Assembly (NCBI GenBank): GCA_035534715.1
Contig: DATLRJ010000020.1
Span: forward strand, 6-64,005
Length of the DNA: 64,000 bases
Source of the DNA: Acidimicrobiales bacterium
GTDB taxonomy: Bacteria > Actinomycetota > Acidimicrobiia > Acidimicrobiales > Bog-793
Direction: 5' to 3'
Shown: positions 1-9,124 of the stretch, one piece after another
Numbering within the stretch: position 1 is the stretch's first letter
How the letters are laid out: the number at the start of each line of letters is the position of its first letter
Program-made: the position numbers and the translations under genes
Notes under the pieces: model-generated
Databases searched by the model: none
Told to the model about the DNA's origin: nothing
Seen by the model: the letters and a program-made list of their open reading frames with translations, nothing else

Positions 1-74
1 CTCAACGCTGAGCACGGCGGGCAGCGCATCGAGAGAAACGGGTTCGGCAGTCTTCTCTTCGTGTTCGCGGCCAT
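1..74 (-). CDS. 5' end of an unidentified gene running off the left edge (partial)
   Basis: ATG at 74-72 with GAAGGAGG about 10 nt upstream. The frame stays open to position 1 with mostly G/C third positions. Only 24 codons are visible, so no family call is possible. Confidence 0.25.
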   Translation of the reverse strand, partial: MAANTKRRLPNPFLSMRCPPCSAL

Positions 75-461
75 GGACAGGCGGCCTCCTTCGAGGGAAC
101 GAGGGGAGGCGGCCGAATTCCACGGCCACGAATCACGGCCCGATGCTCTGAGAGGGCCGTTCGCGCGACAACAACGGGTTCAGCGCGAATGCTGCGCTAG
201 GTGGCTCACCGGATGACGCACGGTTCGCCCGCAAGGAGCTCCCATGGGAACTTGCGAACCCCTGAGGTCACCATCAGCATACGGCCGCCAACCCAACATC
301 AGGCGTCATGCCAGCAGCCACGACTTGGCGCGACTGGCGGCCGGCCTGTCGTCCAGCGGCACGTTGGGGCAGACAACACTTATGCCGCGCTTCCTCAAGG
401 GCGCGTCAGAGGTGTCAACTCCAGTCAGCCGTGAAAAGTGCGACTGACGTCCTGGCCGACT

Positions 462-490
462 GTCACACCGGTATGCTGTACTCGTATAAA
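462..490 (+). promoter_or_regulatory. Candidate sigma70-type promoter of the HTH/PIN operon
   Basis: GTCACA (462-467), 17-nt spacer, TATAAA (485-490), in the only AT-rich patch upstream. Followed by AGGAGG (518-523) and ATG 534. Confidence 0.35.
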
Positions 491-533
491 ACGAATAGAC
501 GTACGATTTGTGCGATTAGGAGGTGCGACCGCG

Positions 534-1052
534 ATGCCAGCCTCAGAACTGCAACAGCAAACCTATTTGCCTGACGGTGACTCGCTCGACGAGCTGATCC
601 GCTTTGTCGAGTCTGGCGGGCGTCTGGCGGGTCAGCCTCCGAGGTATTTCTTGGTGGAAGAGGGCGGTGAGCGCGTCGAGTTGCCCGCCGAGCTCTACCG
701 CGTTGTACGCCAGACGGCCGAGGCACTCAGTCGTGGTCTTGCAGTGACAGTGGCGCCGCTTGCGACGACGCTCACAACCCAACAGGCCGCAGACGTTCTC
801 GGGATCAGTCGACCAACGCTCATCCGGATCATCGAGAAGGGCGAACTTTCCTTCGAGCGCGTTGGGACGCACCGCAAGGTAATGCTGCGTGACGTGTTGC
901 GGCTTCGCGAATCACGTCGAGAGGAGCAGTACCGGGCGCTCGAAGAGACCGCCCTACCACTCGACGACGAAGAGGACGTAGCCGCCATGCTCGAAGTGAC
1001 GAAGACCGCACGAAGGCGCGTCGCTGAGGCACGCCAGGCTCGGCGTGTCTAG
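534..1052 (+). CDS. Helix-turn-helix (excisionase/MerR-type) DNA-binding protein, putative antitoxin
   Basis: Motif TTQQAADVLGISRPTLIRIIEKGELSFERVGTHRKV. AGGAGG about 10 nt before ATG 534. The stop is 2 nt before the PIN gene start. Confidence 0.8.
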   Translation: MPASELQQQTYLPDGDSLDELIRFVESGGRLAGQPPRYFLVEEGGERVELPAELYRVVRQTAEALSRGLAVTVAPLATTLTTQQAADVLGISRPTLIRIIEKGELSFERVGTHRKVMLRDVLRLRESRREEQYRALEETALPLDDEEDVAAMLEVTKTARRRVAEARQARRV

Positions 1053-1054
1053 CC

Positions 1055-1645
1055 GTGTTCGCCGCGTTGCTCGACACCTGCACGCTCTGGCCGAGCCTGA
1101 GGCGCGACGTATTGCTCTCCTTCGCAGCTGAGGGCCTCTACCGACCGCTGTGGTCGACGACGGTGCTTGAGGAGCTGCAGGACGCTGAGACACAGAAGCT
1201 GATCCGCCGAGGAACCTTGCCGGACGCTGCCGAACTTCGTGCCGTGACGCTAATCGCGAACATGCGTCACGCCTTTGACGACAGCGAGGTGCCAGAAGCC
1301 TCTTACCAGGCGCTCGAAGGGACGTTCGGGTTGCCCGACCCGGACGACGAGCACGTAGTCGCGGCTGCGGTTGTTGGCGGAGCCGGTCTTATTGTCACGG
1401 AGAACCTCAAGGACTTCCCCGCGGCTTCGCTCCCCTACGGGATGGCGGTCTCGCATCCGAACGAGTTCCTCTTCGACTCCGTCCAGATCGATGCTTTGGG
1501 CGCGGCTCGGGCCGTCGGACGCGTCGCAGCTCGAAGCGGCCGTTTCGGACCGCAGATGACATTCGACGACGTGCTCGACGCTCTCCAACGTCGCTACGGC
1601 GCCGACGACTGCGTACGGATGCTTCAAATTGGTCCCCGTCCCTAA
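1055..1645 (+). CDS. PIN-domain ribonuclease-like toxin
   Basis: N-terminal LLDTCTLWP, LEEL, DDEHVVAAA and LIVTENLKDF acidic-residue pattern typical of PIN domains. Tightly juxtaposed to the HTH gene. Confidence 0.8.
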   Translation: MFAALLDTCTLWPSLRRDVLLSFAAEGLYRPLWSTTVLEELQDAETQKLIRRGTLPDAAELRAVTLIANMRHAFDDSEVPEASYQALEGTFGLPDPDDEHVVAAAVVGGAGLIVTENLKDFPAASLPYGMAVSHPNEFLFDSVQIDALGAARAVGRVAARSGRFGPQMTFDDVLDALQRRYGADDCVRMLQIGPRP

Positions 1646-1675
1646 CCACTCGGCTCAGAGCTGAGATGTCGCCGA

Positions 1676-1744
1676 CTACGTGGCGCGCGGCGAGGACCTG
1701 TTTCTCGTCGTCGCCGGCACGTTTTCGTCGAGCTTGATCTTCAC
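1676..1744 (-). pseudogene. Remnant of a DUF5615 (Mut7-C/PIN-like) toxin gene
   Basis: GTG at 1744 overlaps the DUF433 stop (GTGA). It reads VKIKLDENVP, the characteristic DUF5615 N-terminus, then hits a stop after 22 codons. Another frame continues GDDEKQVLAARH. The rest is missing up to the PIN gene 3' end. Confidence 0.4.
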
Positions 1745-1983
1745 CCTTGGGTCGGGTCGAGCGGGCTGATTTCGTCACGAGCGAGCGCCGCTGCGTAAGC
1801 GAGCGCGGCATGAACCACTCCTTGAGGCAAGGTTGGATACTCCTTGCGCAGAGCTTCCTCACTCATGCCATCCGCTAGGCAATCGAGCACGACAGTCACC
1901 GGAACGCGGGTGCCACGGATCACCGCCTGACCGTGGAGCACGGCCGGGTCCGACGTGATCAAGTCGAAAAGCTCCGAAGCCAT
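1741..1983 (-). CDS. DUF433 domain protein (antitoxin-like)
   Basis: ITSDPAVLHGQAVIRGTRVPVTVVLDCLADGMSEEALRKEYPTLPQGVVHAALAYA matches the DUF433 pattern. Start taken at the internal ATG (MASELF). Confidence 0.8.
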   Translation of the reverse strand: MASELFDLITSDPAVLHGQAVIRGTRVPVTVVLDCLADGMSEEALRKEYPTLPQGVVHAALAYAAALARDEISPLDPTQG

Positions 1984-2120
1984 GCCACCATGGTCGCGCC
2001 CGAGCGAGCGCATTGCTGCCGTCGGCTCGGGCCGAACGAAGACCATCTCGACGCCGGCCTGTGCCGCCTCGGGCGAACCGCCAAGCGGTCCGTACCGGTC
2101 GTCGAGTGCAGTCCCGGAAG

Positions 2121-2157
2121 GACGCGAAAAAGACGCGCGAGGACGCGAAAAGACGCG
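2121..2157. repeat. Four phased GACGCG hexamers separated by A-tracts
   Basis: GACGCGaaaaaGACGCGcgagGACGCGaaaaGACGCG. Hexamers start at 2121, 2132, 2142 and 2152 (spacings 11, 10, 10 bp), in a non-coding stretch. Confidence 0.6.
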
Positions 2158-2601
2158 AATTCGGCGATACTGGGCGCGACGGTGCAACACCGCTTAACAT
2201 AGAGAACGTGACTCTGACTAGGGAGAACGTCGGCTGAGCAGGACGAACGCCCGTTCGGAATTGACCCCGGAATACGGCTGAAAAGCGCGAGGTCACCGGA
2301 TCGACGCCGGTCCCGACCACAGGGAACTCCCGGTTCCCGGCGTCGTGGTTGCTGACGCGGGCTCGTCGGCGCGGCCGTCGCGCCCCAGAGGACTGGCCGA
2401 CCGCACGCGGGTCCACGGCATCCGAGGCGGCGAGCCGAGGGCGGGCTCCGCCGTGCGCACGCGCGCTGGCGTCGGGACGCGACGCGCACGCGCGCGACCC
2501 ACGCGGGGCCGAGCGCGGGTCCGGCCGCGACCGCGCGAGGATCGCGCGGTGCCGCAGCCTCACGCCCGAAGAGCGCGACAGGCGGTCACGGCGCCGGCGT
2601 C

Positions 2602-3027
2602 GTGGTCCCGGCACTGCGCAGGTCGGCGGGCCCCGTGACGGACGGGCTCGAGGCGGTCCTCGCCGGGCTCGCCGTCCGCCGGCGGCCGGGGACCTGGTGC
2701 GTCGTCACCGGACCCGCGCCACCGACCGGCACGACCGTCGCCGCGAGCGTCGTCGAGGACGAGGGGACGACGTCGGTCATCCGGCTCGAGGACGCGCGGC
2801 GAGCCGGGATCCCGGTCGACTTCGTCGCCGCATGGCTCACCGTGGAGGTCGTCACCGGGCTCGAGCTCGTCGGGCTCACGGCCGCGATCGCCCACGCCCT
2901 CGCCGTCGAGGGCATCGCGTGCAACGTGCTCGCTGGCTACTACCACGACCACCTCCTCGTACCGGTCGACGACGCCGACCGCGCGCTCGACGTGCTCGCG
3001 GCGCTGCGCGCGGTGCATCCGGGCTGA
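2602..3027 (+). CDS. ACT-domain protein (ACT_7-like)
   Basis: C-terminal IACNVLAGYYHDHLLVPVDDADRALDVL is typical of small ACT_7 proteins. The start is uncertain. Confidence 0.7.
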   Translation: MVPALRRSAGPVTDGLEAVLAGLAVRRRPGTWCVVTGPAPPTGTTVAASVVEDEGTTSVIRLEDARRAGIPVDFVAAWLTVEVVTGLELVGLTAAIAHALAVEGIACNVLAGYYHDHLLVPVDDADRALDVLAALRAVHPG

Positions 3028-3177
3028 GTCGCTCCGCAGCTGGGACCGTCCGCGACCGAGACCGTCCGCGGCGGTGCTCCGCCGACGCACGGGCCGCGCC
3101 GGGCCGAGCACGCTCCTGGCGGCCACGGGTACGGGCTGCAAGGCTCGGGGGCGACCGAGCGACGAGGGAGGTCCGCC

Positions 3178-4566
3178 ATGTCGGTGCGGCGCGATGCCTA
3201 CGACGACGCGCTCGCGCGCGCACACGAGCACGCGAAGGCGTGGCTCGACACGGTCGGCACGCGCCGCGTCGGTCCGAGGGAGCCTGCCGACGTCCTTCGC
3301 GAGGGTTTCGCCGTCGCGCTCCCCGAGGGGCCGACTGCGGCGCCGGACGTCGTGGACCTCCTCGCCGAGCTCGCCGAGCCCGGTCTCATGGCGATCGGGT
3401 CGGGGCGTTTCTTCGGCTGGGTCATGGGCGGCACCCTGCCCGCGGCGCTCGGGGCGGACTGGCTCGTGAGCGCCTGGGACCAGAACGCGGCGATGCGCTA
3501 CGCGACTCCGGCATGCGTGGCGGCGGAGGAGGCGGCGGCCGCCTGGCTCCTCGACCTGCTCGGCCTCCCCGCGACGTCCGGCGTCGGCTTCGTCACGGGC
3601 TGCACGATGGCGAGCTTCGCCTGCCTCGCGGCCGCGCGGACCGCCGTGCTCGCCCGGGTCGGGTGCGACGTCGCGCGCGACGGCCTCGCCGGCGGCCCAT
3701 CCGTGCGGGTCCTCGTCGGCGCGGAGCGACACGACTCGATCGACCTCGCACTCCGCTATCTCGGCCTCGGCGCGCCGAGCGCGGTCGAGGCGGACTCCCA
3801 GGGAAGGATCCGGGTCGACGCGCTCGAGGACGCGCTGTCGGGTGCCGACCGGCCGACCATCGTCTGTCTCCAGGCGGGGAACCTCCACTCGGGCGCGTTC
3901 GACCCGATGTCGGAGGCGATCGAGGTCGCGCACACCAGTGGCGCATGGGTCCACGTCGACGGGGCGTTCGGGCTGTGGGCCGCGGCAGCCCCGGCCCTTC
4001 GCGAGCTGACCGTCGGCCTCGCGGACGCGGACTCCTGGGCCACCGACGCCCACAAGACGCTGAACGTCCCCTACGACTGCGGCGTGGCGATCGTCGCCGA
4101 CCCGGCGACGATGCGCGGTGCGCTCGGCATGCACACGAGCTACGTGATCGCGGACGATACCGGGGCGGGCGACCCGATCGACCGGGTGCCGGAGCTCTCA
4201 CGGCGCGCTCGCGGCGTCCCCGTGTGGGCCGCGCTCCGGTCGCTCGGTCGCAGCGGGACGGCCGAGCTCGTCGACCGGCTCGTGCGCCACGCGCGCTCGC
4301 TCGCGGCGGAGCTCGAGCGCATCGAGGGCGTCACCGTGCTGAACGACGTCGTCTACACCCAGGTGTGCGTCGCTTTCGAGGACGACGAGACGACCCGAGC
4401 GGTGACCGAGCGCGTGATCGCGGACGGGACCGCGTGGATGTCGGGCTCCCGTTGGCAGGGGCGCCGGGTGCTCCGCATCTCCGTGAGCAACTGGTCGACC
4501 GACGAGCGCGACGTCCGTCGCTCGGTCGACGCGGTCGCCCGAGCGCTTGCCGAGGTGCGCAGCTGA
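3178..4566 (+). CDS. Pyridoxal-phosphate-dependent decarboxylase (group II, aminotransferase fold)
   Basis: WATDAHKTLNVPYDCG PLP-lysine motif. GGGAGG SD before ATG 3178. 462 aa. Confidence 0.85.
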   Translation: MSVRRDAYDDALARAHEHAKAWLDTVGTRRVGPREPADVLREGFAVALPEGPTAAPDVVDLLAELAEPGLMAIGSGRFFGWVMGGTLPAALGADWLVSAWDQNAAMRYATPACVAAEEAAAAWLLDLLGLPATSGVGFVTGCTMASFACLAAARTAVLARVGCDVARDGLAGGPSVRVLVGAERHDSIDLALRYLGLGAPSAVEADSQGRIRVDALEDALSGADRPTIVCLQAGNLHSGAFDPMSEAIEVAHTSGAWVHVDGAFGLWAAAAPALRELTVGLADADSWATDAHKTLNVPYDCGVAIVADPATMRGALGMHTSYVIADDTGAGDPIDRVPELSRRARGVPVWAALRSLGRSGTAELVDRLVRHARSLAAELERIEGVTVLNDVVYTQVCVAFEDDETTRAVTERVIADGTAWMSGSRWQGRRVLRISVSNWSTDERDVRRSVDAVARALAEVRS

Positions 4567-4596
4567 CCGTGCTGCGGGCCCGATAGCCTCCGGACG

Positions 4597-5181
4597 ATGA
4601 CGCACCCCGGCACGACGGGCGCGACCGCGCTCGTCGTCGTGGACGCCCAGCGCAACATGCTCGTCGGTGCCGGCGCCGCGCCCGAGGCGGCCGAGCTCCG
4701 CGGCGTGCTCGGCGAGCTTCTCGCCCGCGCCCGCGCCCGCGCCCGTGACGCGGGCGCCGCCGTCGTCCACGTGCAGAACGACGGCGCCGTGGGAGAGCCA
4801 GACGAGCCCGGGACCGACGGCTGGGAGCTCGCCTTCGCGCCCGCCGACGGCGAGCTGGTCGTGCGCAAGTCGGTCTCCGACACCTTCGCGGCGAACCCGC
4901 CCCTCGCGGCCGAGCTGTGGTCTGCCGGTGTGCGCCGTCTCGTGGTCGTCGGCCTCCAGAGCGAGTACTGCGTCCGCGCGACGAGCCTCGGCGCGCTCGG
5001 CGCGGGCTTCGCAGTCCTCCTCCCGAGCGAGGCGCACGCGACCTACGGCGACGGCGCCGTCGGGGCGAGGGCGATCTCGGACGCGGCCGAGCAGGAGCTC
5101 GCGGCCGCGGGCGTCTCGATCGTGCGCGCCGCGGAGGTCGCGTTCGGACCGGCCCCGCACGTGGCGGACCGCCGCGGCTAG
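4597..5181 (+). CDS. Isochorismatase-family cysteine hydrolase
   Basis: ALVVVDAQRNM and VVGLQSEYCVRATSLGA motifs. Confidence 0.8.
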   Translation: MTHPGTTGATALVVVDAQRNMLVGAGAAPEAAELRGVLGELLARARARARDAGAAVVHVQNDGAVGEPDEPGTDGWELAFAPADGELVVRKSVSDTFAANPPLAAELWSAGVRRLVVVGLQSEYCVRATSLGALGAGFAVLLPSEAHATYGDGAVGARAISDAAEQELAAAGVSIVRAAEVAFGPAPHVADRRG

Positions 5182-5240
5182 ACATCGACCGGGCCGGTGC
5201 GACGGGACGTCGCGGCCGTGTCGCGACGGGGGAGCGGGGG

Positions 5241-6824
5241 ATGGCAGTGCGAGAGACGTTCGACGTCGTGGTCGCCGGCGCCGGCCACAACAGCCTGATC
5301 GCCGCCGCGTACCTCGCGCGGGCGGGCCTGCGCTGCCTCGTGCTCGACGCGCGCCCGGTCGTCGGCGGCGACACCGCGACCGAGGAGCTCACGCTCCCAG
5401 GCTTCCGCCACGACAGCTGTTCGACCGCGCACAACCTCATCCAGTCCTCGCCGACGCTCCGCGACGACGAGCTCGGGCTCTTCGAGCTCGGACTCGAGTA
5501 CCTCTACCCGGACCCCGTCGCGCACGTGCCGTTCCCGGACGGCGCGTCGATCACGCAGTGGCGCGACGTCGACCGGACGTGCGACGAGCTCGCGCGCTTC
5601 TCGGTCCGCGACGCCGCCGCCTACCGGCGGCTGATCGACGAGTACGCCGCGATCGCCCCGGTCGTCGGCGCGTACCGCTACACGCCGATCGGGTGGGGCC
5701 CGTCGCTCACCGACGCCCTGCTCGCGCGAGACGGCGGGGCGCGTTGGGTGCGGCGCGCGGCCGGCAGCGCCTGGGAGGCCATCGCCGCGACGTTCGAGGA
5801 GGAGCACGTGCGCGCCTTCATGGCGTGGATGGCGTTCATGACGATCCAGCCGCTCGAGCAGCCGGGGACGGGCCTCAACGCGTACTCGCTCGTCTTCGGT
5901 CGCCAGCGGCACAGCTGGGTTGTGCCGCGCGGCGGCTCCGGGGCGCTCCCCGCCGCGCTCGCCCGCGTGATCGAGGCGGGCGGCGGGCAGCTCCGCACCG
6001 GCGAGCGGGTCACCGGGCTGTGCGTCGAGCACGGGCGGTGCGTCGGGGTGGAGACCGAGCGGGGTGACCGCTACGACGCGACGCGCGCCGTGCTCTCGAC
6101 GATCCACGTGAAGCACCTCCTCGAGATGGCGCCCGTGGCCTCCTGGGACGACGGCTTCCGGTACGCGGTCGACTCGTGGCAGCCCGGGATCGCGATGTTC
6201 GTCACGCACTACGCGCTGCGCGGGCCGCTCGAGTACCCGGGCGACGCCGGTCCGGTGCGCCCACTCGCGTCCGGCACGCCCGTGTCCTCACTTCGCATGC
6301 GCGACCTCGAGGTCGACGTGCGGCGCGGCCGGGTCGCGCTCGACGACCCGCCGCTGCTCGTGCTCTGCCCGACCGCGCTCGACCCGAGCCGGGCGCCGGC
6401 GGGGGCGCACACGCTGAAGGTCGTCGGCTTCCATCCCTACGACGTCGAGGGCGGGGCCCGGCGGTGGGACGAGATCGCGGACGAGGTCTCCGACGCGCAC
6501 CTCGCCCACCTCCGACGGTACGCGCCGGGCCTCACCGACGAGGCGATCCTCGCGAGGAGCGTCCACAGCCCGCTCGACCTCGAGCGGGCGAACGCGCACA
6601 ACTGGCACGGGTCGTGCCACGGCGGCGACTCGGGCCCCGCGCAGTCCGGGGCGCTCCGGCCGGCGGCGGGCTGGGCGACGCACCGGATGCCGATCGACGG
6701 CCTCTACCAGACGGGCTCGACGACCCATCCCGGAGGCTCGGTGTCCGGCGCGCCGGGGCGGAACGCCGCGATGGTCATGCTCGCGGACTTCGGGCTCGAC
6801 CTCGGCGAGGTCGTCGCGCGCTGA
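5241..6824 (+). CDS. FAD-dependent oxidoreductase, phytoene-desaturase (CrtI) family
   Basis: FDVVVAGAGHNSLIAAAYLARAGLRCLVLDARPVVGG dinucleotide-binding motif. Start taken at ATG 5241 inside the longer ORF. Confidence 0.85.
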   Translation: MAVRETFDVVVAGAGHNSLIAAAYLARAGLRCLVLDARPVVGGDTATEELTLPGFRHDSCSTAHNLIQSSPTLRDDELGLFELGLEYLYPDPVAHVPFPDGASITQWRDVDRTCDELARFSVRDAAAYRRLIDEYAAIAPVVGAYRYTPIGWGPSLTDALLARDGGARWVRRAAGSAWEAIAATFEEEHVRAFMAWMAFMTIQPLEQPGTGLNAYSLVFGRQRHSWVVPRGGSGALPAALARVIEAGGGQLRTGERVTGLCVEHGRCVGVETERGDRYDATRAVLSTIHVKHLLEMAPVASWDDGFRYAVDSWQPGIAMFVTHYALRGPLEYPGDAGPVRPLASGTPVSSLRMRDLEVDVRRGRVALDDPPLLVLCPTALDPSRAPAGAHTLKVVGFHPYDVEGGARRWDEIADEVSDAHLAHLRRYAPGLTDEAILARSVHSPLDLERANAHNWHGSCHGGDSGPAQSGALRPAAGWATHRMPIDGLYQTGSTTHPGGSVSGAPGRNAAMVMLADFGLDLGEVVAR

Positions 6825-7725
6825 CGCGCGCGGCCGGGCGCGGGACCGAGAAGCGCCCGTCGGGATCCGGACGCGCGAGGGCGCGACCGGAGGGCCGGCG
6901 CCCGGGGCGCTCGGACGTGGGAAGCCCGTCGAGCCACGCGAGCGCGTGCTCGTAGCCGATCTCGAGCAGCCGGCGGGTGTGGCGAAGGTCGGCCATCGGG
7001 GCGCGCACCCGCGGCGCGGGGATCACGTGGAGCTGCGCGGACAGGGCCGTGCGCGTCCCGTCGAGACCGTCGCGCGCGGACGCGACCTGGCCCGGCATCG
7101 TCGGGAGCACGAAGAGGCGGGTCGCACCGAGCGCGAGGGCCTGGCGCACCGGCACGTCCGCGGCGAGGCTCCCGTCGACGAGCACCGTTCCACCGTGCGC
7201 GACGGGCGGGAGGAGCCGGGGCACCGCGCTGCTCGCGAGCAGCGCGGTCACGACGTCGCCGGACTCGAGCACGACCGCCCGGCGCGAGCCGCGCTCGGTC
7301 GCGACGACCGCGAGCGGTATCGGCGCCTCCTCGAGACGCTCGAAGCCCACGAAGGACTCGAGCACCGATCGCAGGCCGGACGAGTCGAAGAGGTGACCGC
7401 CGCGCCGGACGAGCCCGCGCAACGCCGTCGGGGCGTCGAAGCGCAGGATGTCGCTCCGCCGGAGCGAGCGCCAGAATCGGGCGATCTCGGCGATGCCGTC
7501 GAGATCCGCGCGACTCGACAGGAAGGCGCCGTTGATCGCACCGACGGACGTCCCGACGATCAGCCCCGGGCGGATGTCGCGCTCGACGAGCGCGTAGGCC
7601 ATGCCGACCTGCAGCGCGCCGAGGTTCCCCCCGCCGCCGAGGACGAACGCCGGGCGGTCCGCGTCGCCCGTCGGGCCGCCGGGCTCGAGCGCTCCCGCCG
7701 GCCCCGCGCGCTCAGACGTCCTCAT
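6775..7725 (-). CDS. Patatin-like phospholipase
   Basis: GGGGNLGA oxyanion motif, GTSVGA (GxSxG) and a VDGS Asp dyad. Start taken at the internal ATG (MRTSERAG). Confidence 0.85.
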   Translation of the reverse strand: MRTSERAGPAGALEPGGPTGDADRPAFVLGGGGNLGALQVGMAYALVERDIRPGLIVGTSVGAINGAFLSSRADLDGIAEIARFWRSLRRSDILRFDAPTALRGLVRRGGHLFDSSGLRSVLESFVGFERLEEAPIPLAVVATERGSRRAVVLESGDVVTALLASSAVPRLLPPVAHGGTVLVDGSLAADVPVRQALALGATRLFVLPTMPGQVASARDGLDGTRTALSAQLHVIPAPRVRAPMADLRHTRRLLEIGYEHALAWLDGLPTSERPGRRPSGRALARPDPDGRFSVPRPAARVSARRPRRGRARSPRA

Positions 7726-7759
7726 CGACCCGGCTCCCGACCACGCCCGACAGATCACC

Positions 7760-9025
7760 TCATTGCGCGCGCAACATATCAGGGGCGCGAAGCCCTGTCG
7801 AGCGGCTCCGCGCGCGAAGCGCGGCCGCGCCGGCGAGCGCGACCCCGAGGACGGCCGCCGTGGCGAGCTGAGCGGCGCCGAACGCGGCACGCGCGCCGAC
7901 ATGGCCGAACAGCGCGCCTGCCGCGATCGGGGACGCCACCGCGGTCGCGGCCCACACGAGGTTCAACAGGCCGGTCGCGACGCCGACGCCGGCCCCGGCG
8001 TCCACGCGCCGCGACTCCGCCGCGGCGAGCGGGTAGGCCACGCTCCAGAGCACGGCTCGGCTCGCGGTCACCGCGCACAGCGTCGCGACGACCGCCGCGA
8101 CCGCCGTGCTCGCGGTCGCGACCGTCAGTATCGCGACCAGCACGCCCATCGCGACGAACGCCGTGCGCGCGCGGACCACCCGGCGGCCCGCGGTCGAGAC
8201 CGCCGCGCTCGCTGCGACGAACACGACACCCGAGAGCGCGAACACGAGACCGATCCCACCGGTGGAGATGCGCGCGCGGTGGAGCTCGAGCGGGACGAGC
8301 AGGCTCGAGACGCTCGCCGCGACGCCGGCGGCGACGACCGCCGCGACCGCCGCGACCGTCCCGGGCCGACCGAGCAGCGCGGCGACCTGCGCTCCCGTGC
8401 GGACGGCGGCGCGACGCACGGCTGGCCGCGAGCTGGGCGTCGCGGTCAGTGCCAACGTGACCGACGCGAGCGCGACTCCGGTGACGACAAAGGGCGTGGC
8501 GAGGCCCCACCTGGCCGCGAGCCAGCCGGCGAGCGCGGGTCCCGCGACGCCGCCGACTCCGGAGGCGGCGACGGCGCCGCCGAGCGCTCTCGGCCCCGCG
8601 GCCACCTCGTCGAGCCAGGCGAGCCCGGCGGTCCACACGATTCCGTAGCCGAAGCCGAAGCCGAGCCGGGACGCGAGCAGCGCGCCGTACGAGGGCGCGA
8701 GACCCTGGGTGCACGCCGCGACCGCCATCAGCCACCCGGCGAGGAGCGTGAGCCGCCGCGCGCCGAGGCGGTCCGTGAGGCGCCCTGCGGGGAGCGCGAC
8801 GCAGAAGGTCGCGAGCGCGGTCATCGACAGCAGCAGGCCGGTGCCGGTGCCGGAGAGGTGGAACCGGCGCGCGTACGAAGGGAGCACGGGAGCGATGCCC
8901 ACCTGCAGGCTCGAGCTCACGAGGACCACCGCGTAGACGAGCGCCGCGACGCGCCGGCCCGGTCCGCCGGCGGGCGCGACCGCTCGTGCGGGGTCGACGC
9001 CGTCCCATGTGCCCACCGCCACCAC
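7760..9025 (-). CDS. MFS transporter
   Basis: About 12 hydrophobic segments and the MFS loop motif GRLTDRLGARR. Divergent from the LysR gene. Confidence 0.85.
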   Translation of the reverse strand: MVAVGTWDGVDPARAVAPAGGPGRRVAALVYAVVLVSSSLQVGIAPVLPSYARRFHLSGTGTGLLLSMTALATFCVALPAGRLTDRLGARRLTLLAGWLMAVAACTQGLAPSYGALLASRLGFGFGYGIVWTAGLAWLDEVAAGPRALGGAVAASGVGGVAGPALAGWLAARWGLATPFVVTGVALASVTLALTATPSSRPAVRRAAVRTGAQVAALLGRPGTVAAVAAVVAAGVAASVSSLLVPLELHRARISTGGIGLVFALSGVVFVAASAAVSTAGRRVVRARTAFVAMGVLVAILTVATASTAVAAVVATLCAVTASRAVLWSVAYPLAAAESRRVDAGAGVGVATGLLNLVWAATAVASPIAAGALFGHVGARAAFGAAQLATAAVLGVALAGAAALRARSRSTGLRAPDMLRAQ

Positions 9026-9124
9026 CTCGAGCCAACCGCTCCACGCAGTCGCGCCGACTACCGGCGCGCTGCGCTGCGCTGCGGACCGATCGTAACGTGA
9101 AGGATTTCGAGATATCGTCGACCT

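Noticed and set aside
2281-2345. tRNA-like or terminator-like hairpins (ggtcaccggatcgacgccggtcccgacc; gggaactcccggttccc) that could mark a tRNA-derived att site next to the TA islet.
   Set aside because: The loop does not fit a T-loop (no TTCGA-type sequence). I could not build an acceptor stem or anticodon arm, and there is no integrase nearby.
2349-4586. 745-aa ORF and many similar long ORFs. Examples: 11725-14430 N-terminal part, 15859-17907, 15974-18076, 29065-31572, 37925-39601, 39627-42515, 58054-60111.
   Set aside because: Their products are Arg/Pro/Ala/Gly-dominated low-complexity strings. They overlap, in another frame or antisense, genes with clear domain motifs. This is the expected artefact of stop-codon scarcity in very GC-rich DNA.
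9026-9124. Candidate LysR T-N11-A box around ttcgagatatcgtcga in the MFS-LysR divergent region.
   Set aside because: The inverted repeat is imperfect apart from the central GATATC. I cannot distinguish it from chance.
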